Shown here one piece after another: positions 63,218 through 64,000 of a stretch of DNA of 64,000 nt (positions are counted from its first letter, which is position 1; every line of letters begins with the position of its first letter). The notes under the pieces were generated by a model. That model searched no databases. It was not told the DNA's origin and was given only the letters and a program-made list of their open reading frames with translations. A program made the translations under genes and the position numbers. Source of the DNA: an uncultured Bacteroidales bacterium (lineage in GTDB: Bacteria > Bacteroidota > Bacteroidia > Bacteroidales > Bacteroidaceae); NCBI GenBank assembly GCA_902778625.1, contig CACYYM010000015.1, forward strand, positions 5,567 through 69,566, in the 5' to 3' direction.

Positions 63218-63691
63218 CTATTCCAAACCCTGAATAGTATCCGTGTTCTTGATGACTTCGATGGCGTCGTCCTGCATCTTGCGGGTAGGAACGAGCTGGA
63301 ACTGAGCCTCGTTGCGGAGGTTCCTGAAATCCTTGCCGGGATTCCAGCAGACGTTCACGGACTTGATGTTGCCTGCACCGAATTCCTCGGTGGTGTCTGC
63401 GCCTTCGCAGCCGAGTTCCACACGGAAGCTGCCGAGTTCACCGAGGCTGACGATGTTGCCAGCAAGAAGCTGCTCGCGGAGACAACGGATCATGTCGGTG
63501 ATGACACCGCTGATGGTACCCTTGGAGAAGGGCGTGTTGTGGTCGGCCATGTGTTGTACGAACTGGTCGTAGGTGAGTTTGGCGTTAGCTTGTGCGGAAC
63601 CATAAGCCTTGGTGCCGCCGGTCTCTGCGCTGATGTCGGCCTTCTTTGTGCCGGGCTTCGCGCTCATAATGCAAATGGAGTAGTTAATCAT
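63218..63691 (-). CDS. Bacteroidales HU-like DNA-binding protein (~150 aa)
   Basis: GTISGVITDMIRCLREQLLAGNIVSLGELGSFRVEL core. The start may be MSAKPG at 63667. Confidence 0.65.
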   Translation of the reverse strand: MINYSICIMSAKPGTKKADISAETGGTKAYGSAQANAKLTYDQFVQHMADHNTPFSKGTISGVITDMIRCLREQLLAGNIVSLGELGSFRVELGCEGADTTEEFGAGNIKSVNVCWNPGKDFRNLRNEAQFQLVPTRKMQDDAIEVIKNTDTIQGLE

Positions 63692-63704
63692 TGTTTTTTA
63701 GGAA

Positions 63705-63772
63705 AGTTGACGAGTTAACGAGTTGACGAGTTGACGAGCCTTTACTTGTTTACTTGTCTACTTGTTTACTCT
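63705..63772. repeat. octamer stutters (gttgacga)3-4 then (tttacttg)4
   Basis: Read directly. Confidence 0.9.
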
Positions 63773-63803
63773 AGTTAATTTTTAAGGTTAATTCTCTCTT
63801 GCC

Positions 63804-63882
63804 GAGTTAAGTAACTCGACGTGTCGAATTGCGCACTTCGACGTGTCGAGTCTGCTCACTCGGCGTGGTGGATTTCGAATTC
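63804..63882. repeat. ~22-23-bp-period array with tcgacgtgtcga palindromic cores
   Basis: aactcgacgtgtcgaatt / cttcgacgtgtcgagtc / actcggcgtggtgga. Confidence 0.75.
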
Positions 63883-64000
63883 CACTGCGAAGTTACGACA
63901 TTTTGAAAGTGTGTTGTCTGTTATTGGCCGACATTGTCTGTTATTGTCATTTATTGGCTGAAATTGTCCGTTATTTACTTGCATAATTCATTTATTTTTT

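Overview
Bacteroidales (Prevotella-like) chromosomal DNA, roughly 50% GC by eye. Lineage evidence: TAnnTTTG -7 promoter boxes before most transcription units, T9SS C-terminal sorting tails, and Bacteroidales-restricted families (smalltalk protein, 150-aa HU-like protein, DUF4293, T9SS plug/DUF5103). 1-46 kb is dense core genome: skp, pepD, rlmH, nadC, C69 dipeptidase, GH13 amylase, rpoZ-bamD, GH130, PPTase, ampG, htrA, RNase P RNA, ispE, rseC-rnfBCDGEA, galE, two tandem giant C10 cysteine proteases, glnS, tRNA-Asp. 46-64 kb is accessory, all on the minus strand from 48.7 kb: secreted glycan-active or unknown proteins, an AAA/DUF4143 ATPase, a stand-alone GMP-synthase PPase-domain gene, an AT-rich NYN gene, polysaccharide-type nucleotidyltransferase and DegT genes, and a VirE/DUF3987 - DUF3127 - lysin - smalltalk - HU module. 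Best second-look candidates: (1) a translationally coupled operon, secreted protein / HprK-like kinase / S24-S26 peptidase / PqqD, with no known RiPP partner, followed by an in-frame TRIC-channel::T9SS-plug fusion. (2) A candidate 280-bp invertible promoter (12-bp perfect inverted repeats, internal promoter box), with a third copy of the site and a ~60-bp inverted repeat bracketing 5.9 kb. (3) Several unexplained repeat systems: 22-bp-period intergenic arrays with a C(A)CG(T/C)G core, a composite CGCCGCACGCGG element in three copies, and 7-8-bp stutter arrays filling accessory intergenic DNA and also sitting in frame inside three CDSs. (4) An in-frame amber codon splitting a double ThuA-domain gene. 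All family calls come from motifs read by eye in the translations; no database search was possible.
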